The notes below the pieces were generated by a model, which saw only the letters and a list, made by a program, of their open reading frames with translations, was not told the origin of the DNA and did not search any database. A program made the translations under genes and the position numbers. From positions 128,001-192,000 of the IMG/VR virus record IMGVR_UViG_3300028591_000083: 64,000 nucleotides of DNA; one strand, written 5' to 3'. The stretch is from a virus. Its lineage: Duplodnaviria; Caudoviricetes. Positions within the stretch are counted from its first letter, which is position 1. Every line of letters begins with the position of its first letter. Positions 30,656 to 41,113 of the stretch are shown piece after piece.

Positions 30656-31208
30656 TATTCACTGTTCCGGTATCTATTAAATCTTTAATTGGGTATGTTT
30701 TGAACGGTTCAACCCAATCCCATTCGTCAGCAACAAAGTTTGGAATATCTGAAATAGACTTATCCGTGTATCTTGTTTCAAGTTGATCTGTTACATATAC
30801 TGCTGTTTTTATCATATTAGGATACAAACACTTAATATAGTCTCTGTATACATATCTATACCCAGAGGCATATAAACCTTTCAGTATTTCAACAACTTGT
30901 TCTGTCAAAACGATTGGAAGTGATATACGTACATTAAATCCAAAATTATTCAATACTGTGATTATATCATCATTTTGCATTCTTGCTGTTTCTGGTATAA
31001 TCGTTGAGTGGATATCTGTTCCAAATGCGGCGAAATAAACTTCATTTGTATTATAGTCAATAACAGATATCTTTGTTCCTTCTAATTTATCTGAATTATA
31101 TTCAGATACGACAATCCTAAGACTGTCGTATCCTTCTGATCTTGCTTTAACTAATTGTTTCCAATTAGATATTTCTAAAATAGTATTCATTATTATACCA
31201 CCTTACAA

Positions 31209-32513
31209 TTAAGATGTTCTGACAGTCCAGCCGGTAGCGCCACCATTATAAACAACATAACCGGGACTAACACCATCACCTTCTTGTGCTGTGTATAGGT
31301 CGTTGATTTTAGGCTGAATTGCTTCAAGTCTGCCAAGAACAGAATACTGATCTGTTTGTCCGGCAGGTGCAGCTTTAGATGCCGCTCTATGAAGAATGTC
31401 ATACCATATTGTTCCAGACGTTGAATCTGTTCCTAGTTTTGTTGAAACGGAATTTACATTAGTTCCAACTCCGCTAATGCTGCCAAAAACAGAAGAACTG
31501 GATGTATCGCCAGAGTTTCCTATCTTACCGCTCACATTATTCACTGATCCAAAAATAGTAGATGTTCCTGTATCAGAATCAGAACCAAGTGTTGATTTGA
31601 CACTATTTACTTTTCCAAATACAGAGGTACTTGACGAGGAATCATCCGATGTTCCTATTGTAGAATATAGTGTTGGATGTCCATCTGTTCCAAAAGCTCC
31701 CAACTGATTCACACTAATATTTTCAAAATTCGCTTCCTCAATATCTGTTTGTTGTTTAACTGAACATGATACTGAACGTACAGTTCCTCCATAAGCGTCT
31801 GAATCATTTTCATCTCTAAGAGCTTTAGAAATAGTATACAAATCTGTATCAGCTTTAATATTTGTAGCAACCTTGTTTATCTTATCGTTTGTGGAAGATA
31901 GAACTTGTTGCATTGCACTATAACCAACATTCATTTGCTGCCCAAGACCAACAAAATCGTCACTTCCGATAACAAGTGTTTTTGCAAGCTCGGATGCCGT
32001 TTTTGGAATAATCATTGGATGTTCCTCACTAACAATTTCCGGTGTTCTGTCAATCGTTATATCTGAGAAATCTTCATCTGCAAACTTTTCAGAGAAATTA
32101 ACTTGTGAACCTGTCAAATCATAATGCAGTTGATACGTCATTCTATCAATGGCTCTTACAACTGGGTTGTCTGTTTGTTGTTCTGCTATTGCTTTCTCTA
32201 GCTTATCTATCCACTCTTTAGCATACTTATTTAACTTAGATAACTTATCTTTTTTATTTATCTGGATTGATCCGGCACTTACCTTTTCAGGAAATTCAGA
32301 GGTTCTATCATCAATATATACAGGCATTGAGTTGCCAGATACAAATATCATAAAACCTTTGAATTTTACACCGAATTTAATTTTAGCCCAGAATGTTGTA
32401 TTTCCAACCAATAGAGATAGTTCATCAAACCGTATCAATAATGGGTCTGACATTCTAAGAACTGTTGGATATTCAGTTGTTGGTGTGTACGCCACAACTA
32501 TCACCGCTCTCAA
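31209..32513 (-). CDS. putative virion structural/fibre-like protein with Ser/Gly-rich repeats
   Basis: repeats of (I/L)G.S.D....S(V/I)FG.(V/I)..V. Confidence 0.5.
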   Translation of the reverse strand: MRAVIVVAYTPTTEYPTVLRMSDPLLIRFDELSLLVGNTTFWAKIKFGVKFKGFMIFVSGNSMPVYIDDRTSEFPEKVSAGSIQINKKDKLSKLNKYAKEWIDKLEKAIAEQQTDNPVVRAIDRMTYQLHYDLTGSQVNFSEKFADEDFSDITIDRTPEIVSEEHPMIIPKTASELAKTLVIGSDDFVGLGQQMNVGYSAMQQVLSSTNDKINKVATNIKADTDLYTISKALRDENDSDAYGGTVRSVSCSVKQQTDIEEANFENISVNQLGAFGTDGHPTLYSTIGTSDDSSSSTSVFGKVNSVKSTLGSDSDTGTSTIFGSVNNVSGKIGNSGDTSSSSVFGSISGVGTNVNSVSTKLGTDSTSGTIWYDILHRAASKAAPAGQTDQYSVLGRLEAIQPKINDLYTAQEGDGVSPGYVVYNGGATGWTVRTS

Positions 32514-33548
32514 ATAATGTTAAAGGAAATCCTGTCCTTCCGGAATTCCACTACTTCTATTGTTTGTAAATATTCTTTATAAAATGTTAAAATACCTGTA
32601 TTTGTTATATCTGGATCTTGATGCTTAAACAGTCCATTTCTATCATCGGCAAACACATCAACTTTATGAATTGGTTTCAAATACCAAGAATAGATATTTT
32701 GTCCTGACACATTGATGTGCCAGCCCCAATTAAGTTCATATTCTTTACATGAATCAATGTGCAACTTTACAACATCACCCGGAAGCAGGAAACCAATTCC
32801 TAAAACATAGAGACATTCTGTTGTATAAGTATATTCTCCTTTATTATATGTTGTTGCAACATCATCTTTAATTTGTGTCAGTGTTGAAAACTGCCCATTT
32901 TCATCAAATGTCACAGCAATACTTCCTGTTAGAAGATTTCCTTCTAAATCATAAAAGGAGAAATACTGCAATGAATCACTTTCTCTACTATCATGCAACT
33001 TGTTAAATTCATCAAACATTTTTAATCGTCACCTTTCTGTTCTTCTACATCAATAACTTCTGATTCTTCTGAGAACTTTGAAAGCTGAGATAACAGACTT
33101 CCGGCTAGATTTCTAATAGCATCTCTTGAATCGGCATCTAAAACAGTTGCTTTTTGACCATCCGGAGTAATAATATTTGTTGTATTGAAGACAACGCTTT
33201 GCAGCCGATCATCTTTCAATACCTGAGAAACTGTTTCATTTGCATCTGCCAAACATTTAGAAATTGTTTCCATAGCCATAGACAGCATCGTAATACTCTC
33301 AGGCTCGTTCTCAATTCTATTGTTCACAGCTTCTATAAACTTATCCTCTAATTTTTCTAAAAAGTTTGTTAGTTTAATAATCCTATTCAAACTATTTCTT
33401 GCTTGTGCTACAACAAATAACTTCGTTCTAGCCATCAGTTGTTCGCCGTTTATATCTACTGGATTTTCAAGATCATTATTAGCAAGTTGTTTCATCATTA
33501 TCATAGATGAATTTTCAGAATCACCTATTTTGATTGCTAATTCTTCGC

Positions 33549-33983
33549 TCATTCAAATCCCTCCACCATTCTCTTATACAGCTCAGTTAATCTCTGAGAA
33601 TATAGTGTTGATAGTGCTTCTGCTAGTTCTGTGTTTTTCTTTGCATAAGCCATTGATACATCTGACTTGAATGCGCTTGTTGGCTCAAATTCAAAATCAA
33701 AATGTAATGATGGTTCGTCAGTCAGTCTGTGCTTTTCATGAAACACTCTTGGCTTAACTGTAACTGTTCCAATCAGAGGAATTTCCACATTCGCTACTCT
33801 ATCTTCTATTGGAGTATCTTCTGAAAACTGACATACTTGTTCTGTTACTTTGTAAGCCATAATCAACTCAATCAGGCGGAGGAAGTCAAAATTGTATCTG
33901 TAAGAGCTTCCTTGTAGCTGCTCTATTTCTCTCGCCATAACTTTTGCTTCTGTAGAAGAAACGCTACCTTTTAATCGTGCCAT
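33549..33983 (-). CDS. possible HU/IHF-like DNA-binding protein
   Basis: VEIPLIGTVTVKPR...FEFEPTSAFKSDV resembles the HU arm/fold. Confidence 0.4.
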   Translation of the reverse strand: MARLKGSVSSTEAKVMAREIEQLQGSSYRYNFDFLRLIELIMAYKVTEQVCQFSEDTPIEDRVANVEIPLIGTVTVKPRVFHEKHRLTDEPSLHFDFEFEPTSAFKSDVSMAYAKKNTELAEALSTLYSQRLTELYKRMVEGFE

Positions 33984-34683
33984 AGTTAATCTAACTCCTT
34001 TAATGTTCTTAGTAAAGTTTTCCTATTCTTTGATAATAGTCTAAGAAGTTTTACAACGCACTTCTTCACCTGTTCAAAATCATCACAATCCACATATACC
34101 TCTAACTTGTGTAACACAGAATCGAAGTCATCATTTTCTCTTTTGTATATAGAAGATAACTTTTTATGCACACAGGAATTGAAGAAGTCCTGCTTTGATA
34201 TCGGATTATTTATTCTTTTTTCTAGTCTATCACAACTAGCAATTATGATTGGCTTCATTACATCATGGTTCATCGGATATCACCGCCTAATCAATAGTCA
34301 CGATTTCCTATCTTTGTTTTTGCTAGAGTTGCTTTTAGCTTTTCTAACTTATTTTTTGCAAGTTTTCCTGATCCTGTTCTATATCCTGCCATAACAACAG
34401 CATCTTTCCACGGTCTTTTCTCAACTTCTGCATACTGGAACAATCTAAGAACCTGAATTGCATCTGCGAATTCTTCTTTTGTTGGAATCTTAATTGTTCT
34501 TCCTGCCATATATTGAACAATGTTTTCAAATGATTCAACATCTGTCAAATAACACAACTCAGAAATAATCGAGTATTCAGGTACTTCATGCAAGTCATAC
34601 AAAAGACTGCACATAATAGAATAAACATCTGAATCTCTTAATTTTCCAATAAGATCATTTACATTTTCAACCATGATACTACC

Positions 34684-35433
34684 TCACATATCTCTCAGGT
34701 CACTGTTTTCTAATTCTGTATATTCGGCATCAAATGCAACATCTAGGTCTGCATCTGTATTATCCATAATAGAATCTGTAAATCCAAGATTTCTTACTTT
34801 CTTCTTGAATTGCTCAATGATAATTCCAACATATGGAATCAACGAATCACTTAGCCTAAAATATGTTCTTGGCTTATTTTCAATGTCTCGAAGAAGATTC
34901 AAACAAACATTTGTATACACTGCTGTATACTCCATTGTATCTTCTACAAATTTAGTATGGCTCATTACATCACGGATGACAGAATCAATATGCTCAAGAG
35001 TAAATCTTCTTTCCATATTATCAAATTCTTCTATGCATGACATTGAAGAACTTGCGCACATTCGTTTAACTGTTTCTTTTAGTACCGGATTATCTTGAAC
35101 ATTTATAATTTCATGCTCAACACGTTTCTGTCTTGTAACATAGGTTAGCTTAATCATTTTACCGATGTAATAAATCCAAGCATAGATTTTCTTTCCGCCT
35201 AAAACACTCATCCAAACATCGGCAGCAATGTCGTGACAAACATCATCAACACCACAATAACCAAATACAAACTTATTTTGATTCACATAAATATACGCAA
35301 GTGATTTCAAAAGAGTATACATTTCTTCATTTTGTGGATCATTCTCTGCAAGATAAGTAAGTCGTTTCTCAATCTTCATAACGCTCTTACTTCTCTTACT
35401 GTTTGCTACATCATAATCTGCTCCCAATGTCAA
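34684..35433 (-). CDS. possible divergent sigma-factor-like protein
   Basis: DDVCHDIAADVW...YAWIY resembles sigma region 2; weak. Confidence 0.3.
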   Translation of the reverse strand: MTLGADYDVANSKRSKSVMKIEKRLTYLAENDPQNEEMYTLLKSLAYIYVNQNKFVFGYCGVDDVCHDIAADVWMSVLGGKKIYAWIYYIGKMIKLTYVTRQKRVEHEIINVQDNPVLKETVKRMCASSSMSCIEEFDNMERRFTLEHIDSVIRDVMSHTKFVEDTMEYTAVYTNVCLNLLRDIENKPRTYFRLSDSLIPYVGIIIEQFKKKVRNLGFTDSIMDNTDADLDVAFDAEYTELENSDLRDM

Positions 35434-35609
35434 TCACCTTCTTCTATTTCAAATAGCGATATTTGATGTTTCCGTTCTGCTTTCCACAATCTGTAGCATT
35501 TTGGACCGAAACCAATCTCTTTACTTGCATTTCCTTTTAATGGTCTACCGCATCTACGACAAAACACAACCATGTTATCTAAATCAACATTCTGTTTATC
35601 TTCTTCCAT
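35430..35609 (-). CDS. 59-aa zinc-finger (DUF6011-like) protein, missed by the ORF track
   Basis: MEEDKQNVDLDNMVVFCRRCGRPLKGNASKEIGFGPKCYRLWKAERKHQISLFEIEEGD; AAGGAG RBS. Confidence 0.8.
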   Translation of the reverse strand: MEEDKQNVDLDNMVVFCRRCGRPLKGNASKEIGFGPKCYRLWKAERKHQISLFEIEEGD

Positions 35610-35621
35610 ACAAATACTCCT

Positions 35622-36563
35622 TTACAAGATATTTACCAGTAAATAATCAACAACCATTTCTGGTTGAATACTTCCATCTTTTACACCTCTATCGCAGTAT
35701 CTTACATACTTCAAAAACCGAACAAGCTCAGAATTACTATATTTTCCAACAAAATGCTTACTGTTCTTAATCTGGAATCCTGTAAGACCTGTTGAATCAG
35801 CAATATTCTTAATATTTCCGGCTGTTTGAACTTGAAGAACTGTTTTTACTTTCGTATGTAAAAGTGAAATGATAGCAAGCGGATTATCGCCGCGCTCTTT
35901 GGATTCTTCCAGTAACTCATACACAGACTTTACATCTCTATCAAGAATCGCATCAATCAAATCAAACATTTCACCTTCAACATCAATATAGAAAGCTCCT
36001 TCATTATAGCATTCTTTGAAAGCATCCATATAAGATATTGATCTGAAATTAGCAAGACTTTTGACCTTATCAATTTCAAGAAGAATTCTTCCATAATCAT
36101 TATGTGTGATATCGCACAAGTATTTACAGCATTTATCCGTAATGTCTACGTCATTCTTAATATACTTAGTAAGAACTTCAACAGATAAAGGCTGAAACTC
36201 TGTAATATAATCATCAAACGTCTTACTGAACTTTGAACGTGCATCAATATCTAAGTATTTTACAATAAGTGTTGCTTTTGCTCGTTCAAGTTTCTTTACA
36301 ATGTCTTTCCATATTGATTCTTCCGTGAGAAATTCCTTATCATACCGAACAAGATACAGTTGCTTTCCAGAATCAAATAAATTACGTCTGTCTAAATTCC
36401 TGTATACTGAATCTACCGTATCGGCTTCAATGATATTTAATCCGATACCGTCTGCAACCTTTTGAATATAAATATCAAGAATTGTATATTCTGCTCCTGC
36501 AAACACATAAAAATTCCTGAATTCTTTTTTCAATAGGCTGTTACATAACTCTAAAAGATTCAT
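35622..36563 (-). CDS. holA: clamp loader delta subunit (start revised to MNLLELC)
   Basis: FYVFAGAE, RNLF clamp-contact motif, ILLEIDKV, FDLIDAIL, D..VK.G. Confidence 0.78.
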   Translation of the reverse strand: MNLLELCNSLLKKEFRNFYVFAGAEYTILDIYIQKVADGIGLNIIEADTVDSVYRNLDRRNLFDSGKQLYLVRYDKEFLTEESIWKDIVKKLERAKATLIVKYLDIDARSKFSKTFDDYITEFQPLSVEVLTKYIKNDVDITDKCCKYLCDITHNDYGRILLEIDKVKSLANFRSISYMDAFKECYNEGAFYIDVEGEMFDLIDAILDRDVKSVYELLEESKERGDNPLAIISLLHTKVKTVLQVQTAGNIKNIADSTGLTGFQIKNSKHFVGKYSNSELVRFLKYVRYCDRGVKDGSIQPEMVVDYLLVNIL

Positions 36564-37411
36564 ATTGCACCGCCTGAAACGTCTAAATGCGTATTCAAAA
36601 TCCAATTATCAAGTATCATTTGCTTATTGCTTCCCTTTTGGCACAGCTCAGACAAATGTTTACTTGTCTGCTTTATGATCTTTGCAAACGCCTCATAATC
36701 TTCTCTTGAACATTTCTCTTTCATTGAACTTTCGCACACAAGCATAACACACCGCATAAACAATACAGGATCAAACTTGTCATCTTCATCTTTTTTAACA
36801 TTTAATGAAGAACTAATCTTGAATTCATTGTAGATTTTTGCAAACCCTATATTCTGAACAAACTTGTCTGCCAAATCATACAAACCGATAACATCAATAG
36901 AATTACATATTGTAATATCTTTTGGACAAGTGCTTATCTGATATGCAATTTTCTCCGTTTTATCTCTAAGACTTAAATCCATTGTCTTTGCATATTCTTT
37001 CAAATCAATAACAGAATAATTATTGAGATGAAATACTGTTGCTCTACTGATGATTGTTGGTAGTACGTTTGATAGATTTTGAACTGTCATAATGAAGTAT
37101 GCGTCATTCGGCGGCTCTTCTGTCACTTTTAAGAGTGCATTCTTTGCGCCAACTGACATATCATCTGCATCAAAAATCATAAATAGTGTTTTTGCTACAG
37201 TGTTGTATGCTTTTGAAATTGTATCTCTAACATCATCAATAGATGTTCCACATGGAACAAAAGTGCATCCAAGTTTTTTAGATGTCCACTCAGACATTAC
37301 TTTCTTTCCAAAACCTTCCGGAGATGTAAATATACAAAATCTTGGGAATTTATCTCGCTCAATTAACGATTCTATTCTTTGCTTTAATTCTTTTTGTCCA
37401 CATACATACAT
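36560..37411 (-). CDS. holB: clamp loader delta-prime subunit
   Basis: PEGFGKK, DADDMS..AKNALLK.TEEPP, VLPTIISR. Confidence 0.85.
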   Translation of the reverse strand: MYVCGQKELKQRIESLIERDKFPRFCIFTSPEGFGKKVMSEWTSKKLGCTFVPCGTSIDDVRDTISKAYNTVAKTLFMIFDADDMSVGAKNALLKVTEEPPNDAYFIMTVQNLSNVLPTIISRATVFHLNNYSVIDLKEYAKTMDLSLRDKTEKIAYQISTCPKDITICNSIDVIGLYDLADKFVQNIGFAKIYNEFKISSSLNVKKDEDDKFDPVLFMRCVMLVCESSMKEKCSREDYEAFAKIIKQTSKHLSELCQKGSNKQMILDNWILNTHLDVSGGAI

Positions 37412-37414
37412 TAA

Positions 37415-39655
37415 TTAACCCTCCGAACAAAGAAGAATAAACTGAGATTCAATCATTGGTTTCGGTGTAGATTCCCACTTAATATCTGTATTCAGCTTCA
37501 TTACAGCATTAAGAAGATCTGAGAAGAAAGAATAGTGTTCTTTTGTATATGACTTCATCTTATCTTCATATGATGTCGGCAATTTCAAGAACTCAAAAGA
37601 ACGGCAAACATCATATTTGCACAGGTCAAGAACAAAGTAATTGTATTCATTAATAAACTGTTTAAGATCAATACCATCTCTGTGAATAGTCTCAATAATT
37701 TCAATAACTTTTTGCTTATTCATATTATATAGAGAATCTGTCAACTCAAACATAATACTATAATCAATAGAACCAAGAGCTTTTGTAACAATATCTAAAG
37801 TAAGATTATCTGAATATCCGAGTGCTTTTTCCATAAGAGTAATAGCATCTCGCATTCCACCTTCAGACAGCTTCGCAATATAATCAATCGCATCTTCTGT
37901 ATATGTGTAGTTATGTCCTTCATTATTTTCTGAATCAAGGATGAATTTCAATCTGTTCACAACTCCGGAATGCGAAATACGCTTAAAATCATATCTTTGA
38001 ACTCTTGAAAGAATTGTTTTCGGAAATTTCTGAGGATCTGTAGAACAAAAAATAAAAACACTTGTCGGTACCGGCTCTTCAATAGATTTCAGTGCAGCTT
38101 CCCACGCTGCTTTAGAGAAGTTGTGAGCTTCGTCAAGTAAAAACACACGGTAATCAGTTCCAATAGGCTTACTTCTTGCTTGATTTAGAATACTCTTCAT
38201 ATCTTCAACACCGTTATGTGAAGCCGCATCCAATTCTACTATTGTAGAATTGATAGAGTTTGCAAAAGTTCTTGCCAATGTTGTATTGTGAGTTGGAACA
38301 AAATTATCTGTTATATATGTATGATCTTCATGGTCTACATAAATACACTGACATTCTTCTTTTCCAACATATTTTATTGCCACTATTTTTTTAATCGGAT
38401 CACTCTGTCTTTTTTTCCTCCTTCTTAAATGTTTCTCAGAGGAACAATATACAAGATTATTTGGAAACTTTACATGATGCCTATATGATGTTGAGCAAAT
38501 AACTTTTTCCCCATCTTTATTTATATAATTTGATTGTCTACTGGTTACAGTATCTCTACACCCCAAAGACCTTACAAGGAATGAAAAGTCATCCGATAAC
38601 TGCTTACTAGATGTTGAAAACTCAGTTACGCCATTTTCAGATGTATATCCGTCAGAATCAAAAAGTCCTCTCAAGAGTTCCAATCTCGTATCTATGTCAT
38701 TTAATAAATATTCTTTCGGTATAAATTTATCTGTTGATTTAACACAAATACCAAGATTCCTTAAGTCATCTCTGAAGCTAACATGGTTTGAATAATTATC
38801 GTTCGCTACTCTTTTTATTTTTCCAAATAACTCAGGATATTTTCCAAACGTAGTTGATGCATCTCCTGTTGAAATTCTATATATTGTTTCTTGATCAAAT
38901 TTTGGATACCCGATAGAATTCAAATCCTCAATTAACTTATATGGTCCTTTATATGTTATATTATTAAATATATAGAAATTCTTAAAATTATCTTGTTTTC
39001 CGGAGATTCTGTAATCATACTTTGATCTATATTTAACATCACAGTCATACTTACTCAAAATATCAGATACCTTGTCTATTACATCTTTCTCGTTGTTTGA
39101 GAATCCAAAGCTACCTCCGCATAAGTTACCGTCACCTAAAAGAAATCCAACTAAATAAGGATCAATGGGGATTTCTTTTTTTGAAAACGGTACTGTTGGT
39201 ATCTCAACGCGCAATTTCTTTTTAGAGGTTTCAAACAATTTAATTAAATCACGGGTTTCTATAACAAAATAATCATTTCCTTTTCGTTTTCCATTATATG
39301 TATAGATGCAGTTCAAATGATTATCAGCAACACGTATTGATGTTTTGTCGTTAAAACATATTTCATACACATCTCTAACACCTTGATTAAATACACCAGA
39401 AACAACTGCAACGCTGCCTGTGTGCGTGATTACCTCTGAACCGCACTTAATGTCTTTCATCTTAACAAACCCGTTCGGCGTCAGAACATCACTGTCAAGC
39501 GGCTGTGCTTTACCACATCCAGAAGATCCGCAGAACAGATACGTATTCCTAATCTTATTCTCTTTAATATGATTCAATAAGATATCTTTTACAACGGATT
39601 GTTCTACAGTGTCTTCAAATGTTTTCGGGCGATACTTTACAGCTAATGATTGCAT
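37415..39655 (-). CDS. dnaX: clamp loader gamma/tau subunit containing an intein
   Basis: LAVKYRPKTF, GSSGCGK|intein|TTLAR, ELDAAS, LDEAH, LKSIEEP, TILSR, GGMRDA. Confidence 0.93.
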   Translation of the reverse strand: MQSLAVKYRPKTFEDTVEQSVVKDILLNHIKENKIRNTYLFCGSSGCGKAQPLDSDVLTPNGFVKMKDIKCGSEVITHTGSVAVVSGVFNQGVRDVYEICFNDKTSIRVADNHLNCIYTYNGKRKGNDYFVIETRDLIKLFETSKKKLRVEIPTVPFSKKEIPIDPYLVGFLLGDGNLCGGSFGFSNNEKDVIDKVSDILSKYDCDVKYRSKYDYRISGKQDNFKNFYIFNNITYKGPYKLIEDLNSIGYPKFDQETIYRISTGDASTTFGKYPELFGKIKRVANDNYSNHVSFRDDLRNLGICVKSTDKFIPKEYLLNDIDTRLELLRGLFDSDGYTSENGVTEFSTSSKQLSDDFSFLVRSLGCRDTVTSRQSNYINKDGEKVICSTSYRHHVKFPNNLVYCSSEKHLRRRKKRQSDPIKKIVAIKYVGKEECQCIYVDHEDHTYITDNFVPTHNTTLARTFANSINSTIVELDAASHNGVEDMKSILNQARSKPIGTDYRVFLLDEAHNFSKAAWEAALKSIEEPVPTSVFIFCSTDPQKFPKTILSRVQRYDFKRISHSGVVNRLKFILDSENNEGHNYTYTEDAIDYIAKLSEGGMRDAITLMEKALGYSDNLTLDIVTKALGSIDYSIMFELTDSLYNMNKQKVIEIIETIHRDGIDLKQFINEYNYFVLDLCKYDVCRSFEFLKLPTSYEDKMKSYTKEHYSFFSDLLNAVMKLNTDIKWESTPKPMIESQFILLCSEG
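38285..39508 (-). mobile_element. 408-aa Ala1 intein with LAGLIDADG homing endonuclease, inserted in Walker A of DnaX
   Basis: starts AQPLDSDVLT, ends PTHN/T; VGFLLGDG and LRGLFDSDG motifs. Confidence 0.92.
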
Positions 39656-39702
39656 AAGGCTTCCTCCTAAACTGACTGTATAATTTGAATGAATCTTATG
39701 TA

Positions 39703-39735
39703 ATTAGTATAACACATTTTTGAAAAAAAGTCAAG
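39703..39735 (-). promoter_or_regulatory. sigmaA-type promoter
   Basis: TTGACT-N17-TATACT. Confidence 0.8.
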
Positions 39736-39790
39736 TGATTTATAGAAAATAAATGAAAGACCTTGCTAAAAATTAGCAAGGTTTTATTGG

Positions 39791-40132
39791 TTATTCCTCT
39801 GAATCCAAAAACTCTACAAACTTCTTCATCACTTGTTCGTTTATGACATAATAATTATTATTGTCACCGAAATCAAATGCAAGAATTGGATGTTTTTTAC
39901 CCATTGCAAAACACTGTTCTTCGAGTTTTTCAAGCCATTCTTTTTTAATTGAAAATGACTTCTTTTCTGTTGTTGCTGTTTTACATTCGATCAAGCATTT
40001 ATCTGAATATAAATCTCCTTTAAGGAACGCACTTGAACCGGAGCTTGTTTGAACTTTAGCCCCAATATTCTTTGCTGTTCGTCTTTCATGTCTATCACTA
40101 TAATATCTATTTGAATTCTTATTATTTACCAT
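39791..40132 (-). CDS. PD-(D/E)xK nuclease, Holliday-junction-resolvase-like
   Basis: HERR.A...SGS...KGD...IECKT...SI.KEWL. Confidence 0.75.
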   Translation of the reverse strand: MVNNKNSNRYYSDRHERRTAKNIGAKVQTSSGSSAFLKGDLYSDKCLIECKTATTEKKSFSIKKEWLEKLEEQCFAMGKKHPILAFDFGDNNNYYVINEQVMKKFVEFLDSEE

Positions 40133-40670
40133 CTTCCAATCTCCTATTCAAGAAATCACAACAAACCTCACAATCTTCAAGTCGCTCAAACAATTCTTCA
40201 TTATACAAGCATCTGCCGGAGGTTGTGAGATAATCTTCTTCATCGAATCCTTCCATAACACTGGAACATCTTACACGGAACACACACTCGCCATCGAAAC
40301 ACAGATACATCGAATCTTCACCATCATCAATCACAGAACGGACAGTTATTTCTTTTGAAAAGTATTTCTTCTTCCGGTAGAAACAATCACACATCTTAAA
40401 GTGATCGTCATTATCTGATCCAATATGAACAATACCAGTACCATTACATTTCTTACAAACCTCAGAATTCTTATAATACATTAGACTTGGTTTGTAAATT
40501 GTTTTTAATACTGTTTCATAATACGGTGTTTCATAATATGTAAGTTCATATTCTTTTTGTTCCGGATTTTCTAATGCTGTTTTCAGCTTTGTAAGATATT
40601 CGATCTCATTGTTGATTTTTTCAATGATATTATCATTCATGCATAACATCTCCCAATATAAATATAATTT

Positions 40671-40749
40671 AGGAAAGCGTGATTCAGATGTGTGATATCC
40701 GAATCACGCCAGCAGCGTTTCACTGCTTTCACCAAAGGTGTTGTTTCCT
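40671..40749 (-). ncRNA. candidate four-way-junction structured RNA
   Basis: closing AGGAAA/TTTCCT enclosing three hairpins (CACC/GGTG, AGCAG/CTGCT, 13-bp GCGTGATTCGGAT/ATCTGAATCACGC). Confidence 0.5.
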
Positions 40750-40881
40750 CAGTTGGTTTTTAACGGAGGTACAAACAAAAACGAACCCGAAAGACACAAA
40801 TAGGCAAAAAAGTATCTGCTAAAGTAGCTTGTTTGTAACAGAATTGATCTCTAAACCAACAAACAATCAGTTCTGTCTGAA

Positions 40882-40954
40882 CTCCCGATACTGGACTTGA
40901 ACCAGTGACACCCTGATTAACAGTCAGGTGCTCTACCAACTGAGCTAATCGGGA
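40882..40954 (-). tRNA. tRNA-Asn(GTT), CCA not encoded
   Basis: cloverleaf TCCCGATTAGCTCAGTTGGTAGAGCACCTGACTGTTAATCAGG...GGTTCAAGTCC. Confidence 0.95.
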
Positions 40955-40961
40955 ATATAAA

Positions 40962-41113
40962 TGTCGGAGGTAGGGTTTGAACCTACACAGGAATAGCATG
41001 AACAAAGAGTATTTGTTTGACGTCATCCTAGGCTATAGTCAAACTCATCCTTGTTTAATTCTTTCCAACCGGAGCCTGCTTCCGGCGCGTCATACCTATT
41101 GCGCCACTCCAAC
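40962..41113 (-). ncRNA. tRNA-Leu(CAG)-like RNA with 82-nt variable arm and non-canonical anticodon loop
   Basis: acceptor GTTGGAG/CTCCGAC, Leu-type D arm, CCGGA-AGCAGGC-TCCGG, T arm GTAGG-TTCAAAC-CCTAC. Confidence 0.75.

Noticed and set aside
40760-41026. 88-aa ORF
   Set aside because: Overlaps tRNA-Asn and the tRNA-like RNA; spurious.
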